Assembly (NCBI RefSeq): GCF_009914755.1
Contig: NC_060944.1
Direction: 5' to 3' (one strand)
Source: the human T2T-CHM13v2.0 reference genome, Homo sapiens
Length of the DNA stretch: 64,000 bases
The position numbers and the translations under genes were made by a program. Positions 29,096-41,069 of this stretch are shown piece after piece. Positions within the stretch are counted from its first letter, which is position 1. Each line of letters opens with the position of its first letter. A model generated the notes under the pieces. It worked only from the letters and a program-made list of their open reading frames with translations, did not search any database and was not told where the DNA came from.

Positions 29096-31013
29096 GCAGG
29101 GCCTGAGCCCAGTCCCCCTAGAGTGAGAGAAGCCCCAGGGGCTTCTCTAATCCCTACCTCTACTCCTGCTTTTCCCTCTTCTCCCAGGCCTGTGGTCTAC
29201 TGCCTTCTCCTGCGGTGCAGAGGCCTTGGGGCCACACCACTCCTACCCCATCCTCCTAGCTCTGGGGTGTCTGCAGGGAGGGGCACCTAGGATGGTAAGG
29301 AGAGCCCATGAAATTCAGTTCTGCTGCATCCCTGTCGCCCCCTAGTGACTGGTGTGGGAAGGACAGCTATCTGGGGAGAGACATTCTCCCTCCCAAGAGG
29401 CACCTCAAGACCTTGGCTGAGCCTCAGTTTCCCCATCTCTAACATGGAGCTGGTGACTCCTCAGCTGTCCAGGCCATGGTGGGGAGGCAACAGGTTCCCC
29501 TTACACAGAATGCAGCACCCTCATCAAGAGCCTAGTATGGAGTAGGGATATGAACATGGCTGCAGATTGTCACTCTGAACTGAGGCTACCCCAGCTGCAG
29601 CCTGGGGTCGGGAGGTCCAGAGAGTCAGGCCCAGAACAGTCAGGCCTTCTGGAGGAGGGGACGGCATCCTCTCTGCTCTCCCACTCCCAAGTCACTGCTC
29701 ACCCACTCTGTACCAGGCCAGCTCACCTCCCCAACCCTACACTTACTTCTTCAACCAACCCTGCTCTGGAGGGCTTCATTGCTTCTTTTGAATAGATGAG
29801 GGCTCTGAGGCTCAGAGAAGGTAAGTAAATTCCCTGATGTCCCACATCTAGTGAGTGACAAAGCTGGATATGAGCCTAGGATTCTGTAATTCCTAAATAC
29901 TGCCTCTTCAGTGAGGGGCAGGGGTAGCGGAGAGTCGCTGGGTCCCCACTAGAAAACAGAATGTGAACTCCAAGAGAGTAAAGAGCATGCTGTTTTGCTG
30001 TACCCCCAGAGTCACACACTGGACACTGGAACAGAGGCCTGGAACAGAGTAGGTGTTCAAGAAATGTCTGCTAAATGACTAAACAAACAGCAATTGATTG
30101 ATTTCTGTCCTTTATCGAATCACAGTTTTCCCCCCATGAAGGTGGCTTATTAATGTATCATTAAAAGAGACTTACAATATTGGCATCTGTAAGAGGATTC
30201 CTATAAATAAAATCAGAACTCAGAAAAGAATAAAAGGCCTGATATGTGGGGTGGAAAACAGCTACTTTATTCCCATGGCAGGGTAACCAACTTTCTGGTT
30301 GTAGTCCCCCTTTCCAGTTCTCAGATTGCCTACAACGTACAGCTTGCAAAGACCAGTGGGGCTTGGAGAAGGGCTGGTCTTCCACGTTGACCTCTGCCTT
30401 AGGGCTGCATTTGGAGGTCCGCCTCAGTTTCTTCAAAGACAGCATCCTACAGGTGCTGGTACTTCAGTGGTTAGCATCCAAAGCCCAGGGTTCGGCCAAG
30501 TTCCCTGTTTTGGGATCCTTCCCAGCCCCCAGAATAAAGAAGAGAGACTAGCTGCAGGGAGGAGGAAGGTTCTGTAAATTCTAGGCCCCTGAGAGGCTAG
30601 GCAGTTTTGTTATGGCTTGATCCCACACTAAACAACCCTGATGATCTAATTATTGGTAAAAACTTTAAGCAAACGTTTTAATGGACTCAACAGCAGGTTA
30701 AGGCTGGCTCTGAGGAAAGCGCTATTGACAAATTGGGCTGTCAGCAAGAGATGAAGTCTTGCTTCTGCTCCAGTTGCTGCCTTTCTGGGGCCTCAAGATC
30801 AAGTTCAGTTTCCTGCCGAAGCCCCATGCCCAGCTGGGGGGCGGTGTGGCCTACTCTCGAGTTCCGGGGCCCCGTGACAGAGGAGTGGAAGGCCGCGATC
30901 CACCTCTGCCGTCCGGCAGACCTGGGTGATGTGCCGGGGGAGGCCCCAAGTCTATGGGCTTAGTGTGGGCAGGGTTGGGTGGGAGTAGGGAGCCCCCCTG
31001 TTGGGGGCTGCCT

Positions 31014-33286
31014 TCAGCGGGTACAAGAAGAGGAAGCGGCTCGCTTAGGATGGAGGCAGCTGCATTGAAGGTGAGTGATGCCATCGGGGTTGCCAGGGGT
31101 TGAGGACCCATCTGGGCGCTCGGTTGAGGCACTTAGAGTGCAGGACGAGCTCCCAGGCCGAAGCTGCACCTGCACCTGCGGGGGCGGGTGGGGCGATGAG
31201 CAGACCCTCTCCATTTCCCGCCTCGGATGTTCCCATGGGAAGTCACAGCCCTAGTTACAGCCCCATCCCTACCCCCATTTTCCAGGTAGGGTCCTACAGA
31301 CCCGAGGGTGCTAGAAGTGTCAGAGGCAGAGCTGGGACTGGAGGGAGTGTGGGAAGGGCTGTCTGGAGGGGACTGGAGGGCGTGCTTCTTGGCTGGAGTG
31401 GAAGGAGTGACTCACGTCCGCCATGATGAGCTGCTCCTTGGGGTGCTGTGTGGGGCCCGGGTCCTCCTCACCGAAGCACAGACAGATCTGGTACTTTGGG
31501 TCCGGTGACCATCCTGCAGGTGGGCACACAATTATACGACACTGAGACTATAGGGACTGGGCAAGAACTAGGCAACCCACTGGTGCCCATCTTGTGCTCA
31601 TTTCCCATGCCCAAGTCCTGTAAGCCCACATCCCATTGTGTGCCTGTACCCTAGGCCCACTTCCACGTTCCTATGCCTGTCCCATGTCCCACATCTGTGC
31701 CCACTTCCAGGTCTTATGTCTCTTCCTTGGCCCCTATGCCCACCCCATGCCTTTATGCCCAACCCATGCCCACTGCCACTCACCTATACCTATCTCGTGC
31801 TTGGTGCACCTCACATCCACCTTATGCCCTAAGCCAACACATGTACCGAAGCCCTATTCTTATGCTGCACACCCAACGCCTCAAGCCTTCTCCATGCCAG
31901 CACCCCATATACGCCTGTATCCGTATATGTGCCCCCAGCCCTCCTGGTGCCTGTATTCTTTCCCATCCCTGGTGCTTTTGTGCCATATTCTTTGTGTCAA
32001 TGTCCACTTCATGCCCAGCACCCTTAGGCCCATCCCCCTGGGCCTGCATTTAATGTGCCCACTCTCCTCTGTTCATGTTCCTTTGCCCACCGCGTCCTTA
32101 TGCCCCCGTTCCCACGCCACTCTGTTCCACTCCTCCAGCCGTCCTACCGCCTGGAGGAAGCCGCGTGTGTTCAGCAGGTGGCAGGTGCGCCTGCGCTCCA
32201 CCTTGTTGGGCTGCGCCAGTACAGGCCCTGGCACAGGCGCTTGGTGAACACGCCCTCCGGAGCCACCCAGAGCTGCACACCGCGCTCCAGGTGAGGCGGC
32301 AGGCCCTGCAACACGTGGGCGCTGGGCAGTGGGTCGGGGAAGCGAACCTGCTGCAACGTGAGGTGGCGGCCCCAGCAGGCGCTCGGCGGCCGCCCGCGGA
32401 CTCAGACGACAGCGCTGGGCTGTGCGCCCGGTGGCTTCGCGCACCAGCGCTGCGGAGAGAAGAGCCACACGTGCAGCCAGCAGGCTGTGGGGCGAGAGAG
32501 GGTGCACGGGCTGGACGTGGGCGGCGCTAGCTCCCCTCGCCTTCTTACCCTCCCCTTCAAACTCTGCCGGACCCAGAGGTCGTCCCAGCCTCTACCTCGG
32601 AAATTTTGGGTGCTCTCTCCCTATCAGTGATGATAAGAATTCTAGTAATAATAGTAGTAAACAATAGCTTCCAGTATAAACGAACTGATAGTCGAGCTCT
32701 GCGGTTAAAAGCTGGGGCCATCTGTACAGTGAGGGCATGACCCTCCCAGCAAATCTTCTGGGATTCTAGGAGCTTCCTCCCAGCAAAGATTTTGATGCAG
32801 GTAGAAATAACCATAACAGCGACAATAACAACAACCTAGCAGCGTCTCATGAGAAACCAGCAATCCTGCTCAGTGGTTAGGGTTGTGGGCTCTGCAGCCA
32901 GGCCCTCGGATTCTAGTCTATCACTGCCACTTAGGAGCTTTCCCAGGGTTACCAGCTGTGTGACCTCAGGCAAGGTTCTTAACCTCTGTGTCCTGGTTTG
33001 GGCATATGTAAAATGGGAATAATAGCAGCATCTGGGGGCTGTGGGGAGCTTGGAAGGGTGCCTGGCATAAACTAAGCCCTCAGGAAATGTTGACTGTTGT
33101 GGCTATTATTGGGAGCCTGGGCTGGGTGCTTTGGGTGGGAGAGAGAGGTGGGCTGGCCCCACCCCGCGGCCGTCCCCAGTTCAGCACACTGGTCGGAGGG
33201 GAGGGGATTTCGATTCCTTACCAGGTTGCTGAAGTCATCGGAGGGCATTGGGCACCAGAGGTTTTTGAGGTCCTATGTCTGGCACC
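31014..33286 (-). CDS. DUSP15: Alternative 3' coding exons of the long (295 aa) DUSP15 isoform: 33222-33286, 32348-32484, 31416-31513, 31014-31175
   Basis: Each internal exon is flanked by AG/GT. 426 nt (MTEG start to exon 6) + 65 + 137 + 98 + 162 = 888 nt, an open frame ending ...HPKRAASSSCTR*, matching my recollection of the 295-aa DUSP15 sequence. Confidence 0.8.
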
Positions 33287-34606
33287 CTGGTGAAGGAGAG
33301 GAAGCAGTCAGGCACCATCTCACCCTGACCCCAGACCCATAGATAAGGAGGAGGCCAGGGAGGAGGCAGGGCTGGGTGAGGAGACCCAGTCCTTACTGTG
33401 GTCAACCAAAGGGCCTGGAGGAGGATGGGTGGTAGTAAGGAACCCTGCTGGGCCAGCCTGTGGGGCCACTCCTTGTCCTCATCCTCTGTGGCAAATCCGG
33501 AGCCATCCTGAGCATTGGGAGAAGAGGCTGTGAGGGTGGGAGAGGAGGCCTGTGACTCCTCAGGAATTCCCAGACTGTTCCCACCAGTGCAGAGAGGTCT
33601 GGGCGGACTGAAGGCCAGCTGGGGTTGACAGTGTTTCTGAGTAAAAGGGCTGGCTGTCCAATGTATTAGAAGTCAATATTATGGCACTGGGCTTTTGAGA
33701 AAAGAACTTTGAAGTTTCAGAGCTCAAACTCCCCCGCCCCCATGGAGGTAAAGAGAAAGTTGATGAAGATGTTGTAGGTATTAGGGCCAGAGATGGGTCA
33801 CTGTGATAGGGAGAGAAGTGCTGGGGGTAAATGCGGAGGTGAGGGAGCTGGAGATGAAAGGTATGCGGGACAGAGCCAGATGCTGATGCGGGGGTGGGGG
33901 TGATGAGCACAGAGCAATGAGCTGTCGACGATGGCGGAAAGGTGATGGGGTGGAGATAATAGGGGTGATACAGACAGAATGAGGGAGACAGAGCTGATGG
34001 GAACAGTGAGGGAGCCGGAGGTGATGGAGCTGGACCCGATGGGGTGCATGGGGGTGGAGTGATGGACCCAAGGAGGACAAAGGAATGAATGTGGAGAAGA
34101 TGGGGTGGCTGCAGACAGGGCAATGAAACTGAAGATGGTGGAGGTGAAGGGAATGGCCTGGTGGTGCTGCAGATGGAGGGAGGGCTGCAGGAGAGGTAGA
34201 AAAAGGTGGAGCGGGTGGGAGCATGGGGACAGGGCTGGAGCTGGTGCTCTGGAGGGATGAGGTAAATGATGGTGCTGGAGGTCATAGCCAGAGAGGGTGG
34301 GGCCAGTGGGTGACTTGCTGAGAGGTGACTGAGCTGGCAAGGCTGCAGGGGCTGGAAGAACACACTCAGCAGGTCTGACCTGCAGGCAGGCTCAGCCACT
34401 TCCCAGGAGCTTCCTTCGGACTAAAGGGCATGCCTACCTCTTCAGGGGGCGCCCAGGCCCTGGTAACTGCATCAAGCAAGAGACAGCCTGCTATTCCCTG
34501 GGCCCCAGGAGGAACCCCCTCAATTTAGACGATCCCAGATGAGTACCCCAGCTCATTGTATGGCCTCAGGCAAGGTCCACCTGTTTCTTGGCCTCAGTTT
34601 CCTCCT

Positions 34607-34917
<311 letters not shown>

Positions 34918-35137
34918 AGTTTCCTCCTTTTCTAGTGGGGAGATAAACTGTGTGGTCTAGGCGTCCTAAATTGACCAGCACATGAGTTTAAGCTCAATGA
35001 GTCCACCACCCACTTTATAGATGAGCAAAGAGATCCTTGTTGCCAGACAGCCATCGTTGGCCATTACCTCCAGGGGCAGGATGGTACCTGGGCCACAGCG
35101 GCAGACACAATGTGGTCTTGTAGAAGTTGGAGATGTT

Positions 35138-35432
<295 letters not shown>

Positions 35433-36104
35433 AGAACTTGGAGGCGTCCAGCTGGCTGCACTCACTCTTGCAGCCCAGAAGGTGGCGCTCTTGTTGAAGG
35501 CAGAGTGGAATCGTTTCTTCCAGGTGGAGGGGCCTCTTTGTTGGTGCCCTCCAAATGCTTGCCCTTGTGCACCATCCAGGCCTGGAGGATTGGGGATGGG
35601 GGCCTTGGGGGGGCATTTGGGGAGGAATAGCTAGGGCACTGGGCCGTGCAGAGGGATGAGAATCTGCCCTGCCCCTTGCCCTCTCTCTCCCTCCTTTTCC
35701 CTTTCCTTTCCCTCCCTCCCTCCCCACAACACATATTATTTGAGCTCCTACTAGGACCCCAGCTAGGGCTGGGGATTGAATGAGGAATAAGATAGACATG
35801 GTTCCTGCTCTCAAGCCTAATGGGAGAAGACAGCTGTAATCAGTTAAACAGAAATAACTATATTCCAAATTATGGTTTGTGATAAATAAAAGAAAAAATA
35901 AATAGAGTGATGGGATATAAAATCATGGCAGTGGTTTGCTATCTGCCGAGCCATAGAATGAAATCCCTACCTATTGTCATACACAAAGTGGACTCCAGAT
36001 GATTTTAAAAACCACAGGTAAGAGAAAAAATGATAAAAAATTAATGGACAATAATGTAGGAGAAAATCTTTTAGGGTCAGAGAACATTTCTTAAAATGTA
36101 AAAG

Positions 36105-36515
36105 GAGTGAGACCCTGTCTCTACTAAAAAAAATAAAAAATAAAAATTAGCCAGGTGTGGTAGTACATGCCTGTAGTCCTAGCTACTTGGGAGAGTGAGG
36201 CAGGAGGATCACATGAGCCCAGGAGGTCGAGGCTGCAGTAAGCCGTGATCACACCACTTCACTCCAGCCTGGTGATCAGGGCTCACTGCAACCTCGACCT
36301 CCTGGGTTCGAGTGATCCTCCCACCTCATCCAAGTAGCTGGGACTACAGGCGCACCCCACCATGTCTGGCTAATAGTAAAATATTTTTTGTAGAGATGGG
36401 GGTGTCACTATGTTGCCCAGGTGGTTGGTCTCGAACTCTTGGGCTCAAGTGATCCTCCCACCTCGGCCTCCCAAAGCACTGGGATTACAGGTGTGAGTTA
36501 CCGTGCCCCAGCCTG
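36105..36515. mobile_element. Two truncated AluJ-like elements joined tail-to-tail (+ ~36105-36272, - ~36273-36515)
   Basis: Alu right-arm sequence followed immediately by its reverse complement; neither has an A-tail. Confidence 0.85.
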
Positions 36516-36740
36516 GGAGGCTACTTTAAAGAGTGTGGTCAGAAAAGGCCTCTTTCAGGAGGTAACATTTGTGCTAAAACCTGGATGGAGCCTGATGAAC
36601 AGCTGGGGAAAGGTGTTCCAGTAAAAGGAACAGCAAAGGCAAAGGGCCTGCAGTGAAAAAGAGATGGATAATTCAGGCAAGGCCAGTGTGGTCAAAGAGG
36701 AGGCCATCAGGAGATGTATTGCTACATTTCTCTCGTTCAG

Positions 36741-36820
36741 CACTGAGGGGGATTTAACTGATGAATTGCACTCAATCATGCACTGAGGCGGATTTAACTG
36801 ATGATTTGCACTCAATCATT
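36741..36820. repeat. 40-bp tandem duplication
   Basis: CACTGAGGGGGATTTAACTGATGAATTGCACTCAATCATG followed by a near-identical copy (3 mismatches). Confidence 0.95.
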
Positions 36821-37376
36821 GTTCTCAGAGACTCCAGGTCTTGTTGGAAACATGGACACCAAAACAGAAAAGCCACAGTTCCTTGTGGGTGCCAGGAGTG
36901 AGACTTTTTGAGGCTTGATTTTATTGTCTGCAAATGTCTGTAGGTGTCAATACCACCTAACCTCGTGAGGTTGGGGTGGGTATAAGATGAGCTGGTGCAT
37001 GTAAAATGCTTAGATAAGTGCCTGGCACACAGTGGTAATTTATTGTGACACTTATTGTATTAAGAATAACATGAAGATGACGTGGGCACAGGGCAGAGGG
37101 TGCTATCACCATGACTAGAGGTGTATTGGTTTTGTTCATGGCTGTGGTCTCCAAGCGACTAGAATGGTCCCTGGCACACAGGACACCCCCAGTATGTATT
37201 TGTTGAATGCACTGAGCTGGGCCTTGAAGGGTCAGTAGGAAGTTGAGAGATGGAGTGACATTTTTGGAAGAGGGAAGAGCTTGAGCAAAGTCCTGGAGGT
37301 ATAGAAGGGCGTGGTGCACTCAGGGGTCAGTGAGCAGCCTGGTGTTGCCCTTGCTGGGTGTGTGTGTCTGAGGGTA

Positions 37377-38030
37377 CAGTCAACTCTCGTTATTTGAGGG
37401 AGTTTAGTTATGTTCTATAAAGTTCCCATAAACACTAAATTAGGGACTAAGGAACCATTGCTCCTAGGGGAAATACAGGGCTAGGTCCCTGCCAGCTTCT
37501 GGTCATACCATTTTCATCAACCAACCAACACATAACCTTGTTTTCTGTGTGTTTCTGTTTGAGGAACTTTATTTAATATGATGTTGATTTATTAACACTG
37601 AACTCGCAACCAACAGCTCTAAACCTCATGCCTGAACGAAGCTTATCTAACTTGTATTTTCCCCAGAAGGCATATGACAGCTTTCTTGCACTCAGGAACA
37701 CTAGACCACACTTCAGCTTTATGCTTGGGGGCCATTTTCAATCACCAACAAAAAAGCACAAAAACATAAAAAATGTGGCACTAAACAGACTGTAAAAAGG
37801 ACACGTGTTTACATATGAGAGCTGAAATAAGAAGGCAGAGAATTGCCTTGTTTGACCTGAGCTTCGAATGTTCCTGGGTGGTTGGGGGGCAACTTACCTT
37901 TTTTGCCATTCTGCGCACATCCATGAATGGCCATGAAACTGATACAAGTGTTGCTTTGGGGATTACAAATAAATCATAGCAAATAGGATAATTTGCAACG
38001 ACAGGATCTATGAATAATGAGGGTCGACTG
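37377..38030. mobile_element. Tigger-family non-autonomous DNA transposon (MER82-like), apparently full length
   Basis: Terminal inverted repeats CAGTCAACTCTCGTTATT ... AATAATGAGGGTCGACTG, preceded by TA, 654 bp; internal sequence resembles the recalled MER82 consensus. Confidence 0.75.
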
Positions 38031-38541
38031 TGTGTGGTGGGGGAAAGAGCAAGAGAAATTAAGGAGGAAGAGATAAGCTGAAGCTAGATCATGAATGTCC
38101 TTGAAGGCCAAGCTTTATTCCATGAGCTTTGGGCACCAGAAGGGTTTGAAGCCAAGGAGTCACATGTGTGTGACAGTGGTGGATTGAGGGATGGGTCAGA
38201 GCAGCCAAAAGGATGGGGAGGCCAGCCCCCAGAATCTCTTGCCTCTGAACAACAATGCTGTTGTTCACGTATATGCATACGTCTTAAGGGACAGGCCATG
38301 CAACCACCCATTCAACACTTATTGAGCACCTACTATGTGCCAGGCACAGTGCTTGATGACACCACCCTCAAGCGGCTCATGGTCTGCTGGAGAAGACAAA
38401 CTCACACCAGACACTTAAAATTCACAGGGAAAGTTGTTCAATGAGCCTTCACCTTTGGAGTCAGTGATGACTTGGAAGAAGCACTGAGTTGGAGCTTAAT
38501 AAATGCATTAAATAAATGAATGCATCGGGGGAGGCTCTCTC

Positions 38542-38700
38542 TTTTTTAAAAAAAAATTTTTATTTCCATAGGTTTTGGGGAACAGGTGGTATTTGGTTAC
38601 ATGAGTAAGTTCTTTAGTGGTGATTTGTGAGGTTTTGGTGCACCCATCACCCAAACAGTATACACTGAACCCAATTTGTAGTCTTTTATTCCTCACCTCC
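38542..38700 (-). mobile_element. L1 3'-end fragment (L1PB-like)
   Basis: T-rich tail followed by typical L1 3' UTR reverse sequence (GGTATTTGGTTACATGAGTAAGTTCTTTAGTGGTGATTTG); flanked by GGCTCTCT direct repeats. Confidence 0.7.
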
Positions 38701-38707
38701 CAGGGAA

Positions 38708-40360
38708 GGCTCTCTTGAGCAAGAGATGGTTAAGCTGAGGATGGTGGGAGCTGACCAGGTAAAAGTGAAGAGCAGAAGGCATTGCAGGCAAAGGGAATCG
38801 CATGTGCAAAGGTTTAACGGTGATAAAGACATGAAACATTTAGAAATGAAAGGAGCTACAGTTGGGGAGGGGAGGGAGTGGAGACAGATGAGGCCAGGGA
38901 GGGGCAGTTCATGGATGGCTTTGAGGGTATAGTGAGTGAGGAATTGAGACTCCTTCACAATGGCAATGGGGAGCTATGGAATGATTCTGATAGGGGAGGG
39001 TCGAGGCTAGATTTGCATTTAGAAAGATCCCTCTTAAGGACTGCGGGGATTGCTGAGGGATGGGGGAAGCAGGAAGCCCAGGGAGGTCACTGCAGTTGTC
39101 CTGTGAGAGCTGACAGAAATGGGTTTCAGCAGAGGGACCGAAGAGACATTCTGCAGGGAGAGCCAGCAGGCCTTGGTAATGGAGTAGAATGAAGCTGGAA
39201 GGTGGGGAGTGGCCAGGGTTCAGATACCCAGGTGGCAGAAGTTTGTGGGGCAGAGCTGATGAGTGTGATGTTTGGGGTGTGTTGAGTTTGAGGTGCTCGG
39301 GGGCCATCCAGGAGACAGTAGCCAGCAGGCAGCTTGATGAGCAGGCTTGGGGTTCAGAGGAAGACCCACAGCCACCATGCTGAGGCCACGGAAGGGGACA
39401 GTGGGACATGAGGAAGTAGGTTCAGAAGTGAGTGCTGGGAGCCCCAGTAGAGGAGGGGACAGGATGGAGGTTGAGAAACAAAGGCCTGGGAGGGGTTGCA
39501 GGGCAGGCAGCAGAGATTCTGGAAGCCAGATGGGAGTGTTTCAAGGAGGAGGGAGGGCCTACAAGATGCAGACCAACCCAACACCATCCAGGAGCCAAAG
39601 AAGATGAAGACAGTGACATATGCTTAGATTTGGCAACTAGAGGCATTATCAAGAGGGACAGAAGCCGGACTGGTCATGGGGGGCTGGGAGGCTGAGAGGG
39701 AGGGAGTTGGTGTAAGGAGACTCTCCAGGTGCTTCCCACTGTGGAAGGAGGGGGAGGCCACAGAAGGAGGGGCTGGAGGTGACTTTGGTGTTTGGGGTGG
39801 TAGTGTGTGGATGTGCGGTTGGTTGCTTATTGCTCAGGGAAGAGAGCCCAGAATTGAAATGACGGCAACTGTCCCTCCACAATGCCAGGAGGTCCTCCAG
39901 GGGGATCTTTCTAAATGCAAATCTGGTCTTTTTTTTTTTTTCTTTTTATAGAGACGGGCTCTCACTATGTTGCCCAGACTGGTCTCGAACTCCTGGGCTC
40001 AAGTGATCCTCCTGCCTTGACCTCCCAAAGTGGTAGGATTACAGTTGAGGCACAACTCCTGGCCACAAATCTGGTTTTGACCCTCCCCTACCATAGCTCC
40101 CCATTGCCCTTGTGAAAGAGTTCCAACTCTTCATGATGGCCTCAAAGCCATGCATGAACTGCCCCTCCTGGGCCTCATCTGCCTCCACTCCCTCTCCTCC
40201 CCCACTTTAGTTCTTTTCATCTCTAAATGCTTCATGTCTTTATCTCCATTAGACCTTTGCACATTCAGTTCCCTTTGCCTGCAATACCTTCGCCTCTTCA
40301 CCTTTACCTGGCATGCTCCCACCATCCTCAGCTTAACCATCTCTTTCTCAAGAAAGGAGC
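38708..40360. repeat. Inverted repeat: arms ~38708-39035 and ~39899-40360; right arm carries an Alu monomer at ~39928-40064
   Basis: Near-identical translations on opposite strands (MVKLRMVGA.QVKVK.RR.CRQRE..VQR.NGDKDMKHLEMK...). The Alu monomer is flanked by CAAATCTGGT direct repeats. Confidence 0.9.
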
Positions 40361-41057
40361 CAGTTTGGAAGAAGTTAATGATGACTGGGGAAAGGAGGGA
40401 CATTCCTGCAGGAGGTCCCTGAGAAGGGCTGGTGTTGGGAGCACCAAAAAGTTTCCTGAGCTGCAGAGGTTGATGGGTTTAGGGGTGGGAGGCTGACAGA
40501 ATTCCCATTAGTGCATTGGTGGAGTGGGAGAAGAGGCCCTCTGAGAGGGGCCGGTGGTGCAGGTCGTGGCAGCCTTGGCTGATTGTTTTAAGAAAGTGTC
40601 TGAGAGTCCCTCATATGTAGAGAACATTACCCTCAGCCCTAGAGGCCAGAAAGTGGCCCAGGGTCACAAGGCTATCCGTCAGTCTCAGTGCTGGGGCAAC
40701 TTGTGTCCAGAGCCTGCCCAGTGCTGAGCGTCTCCAGTCCCCTGTCCCCTTGCCCTGAAGAGTGCTGAGTCCTGTTGCACCTGGTAGCCCTGCTTGGCTA
40801 CATGCTTCCAGGGGATGCGAAAGAGGGTCTTGCCCGCATCCTCCCAGCATAACCCCACGTAGCACCCACTCTCAATCTGTGCCCCCCAAGTCCCAGAGGC
40901 ACAGGGAACCTCTGGCTCTGCCATGGGTCACCTGCCATCGGGGACCTTTCCTTCCTTCTGGCCATCAGGGATGCAGGGGCCAGGTCTTGGGCTTGCAGTG
41001 GCTCAACCCACGTGGGCCTGGGGACTACGGGCCACCTGGATGATGCTGGGAGGCTAT

Positions 41058-41069
41058 GAAAGTGAAAGT
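41058..41069 (+). promoter_or_regulatory. IRF-E/ISRE-type element GAAAGTGAAAGT near the 5' end of the IRF pseudogene
   Basis: Exact GAAANNGAAA tandem core about 135 bp upstream of the pseudogene ATG (40924). Confidence 0.5.

Noticed and set aside
33560-34399. 279-aa Pro/Ser/His-rich ORF inside the IRF pseudogene
   Set aside because: Arises from purine-rich low-complexity intronic sequence; no IRF similarity.
38726-40422. Paired ORFs MVKLRMVGA... on opposite strands as duplicated small genes
   Set aside because: They are the two arms of a repeat-derived inverted duplication, with no splice or domain support.
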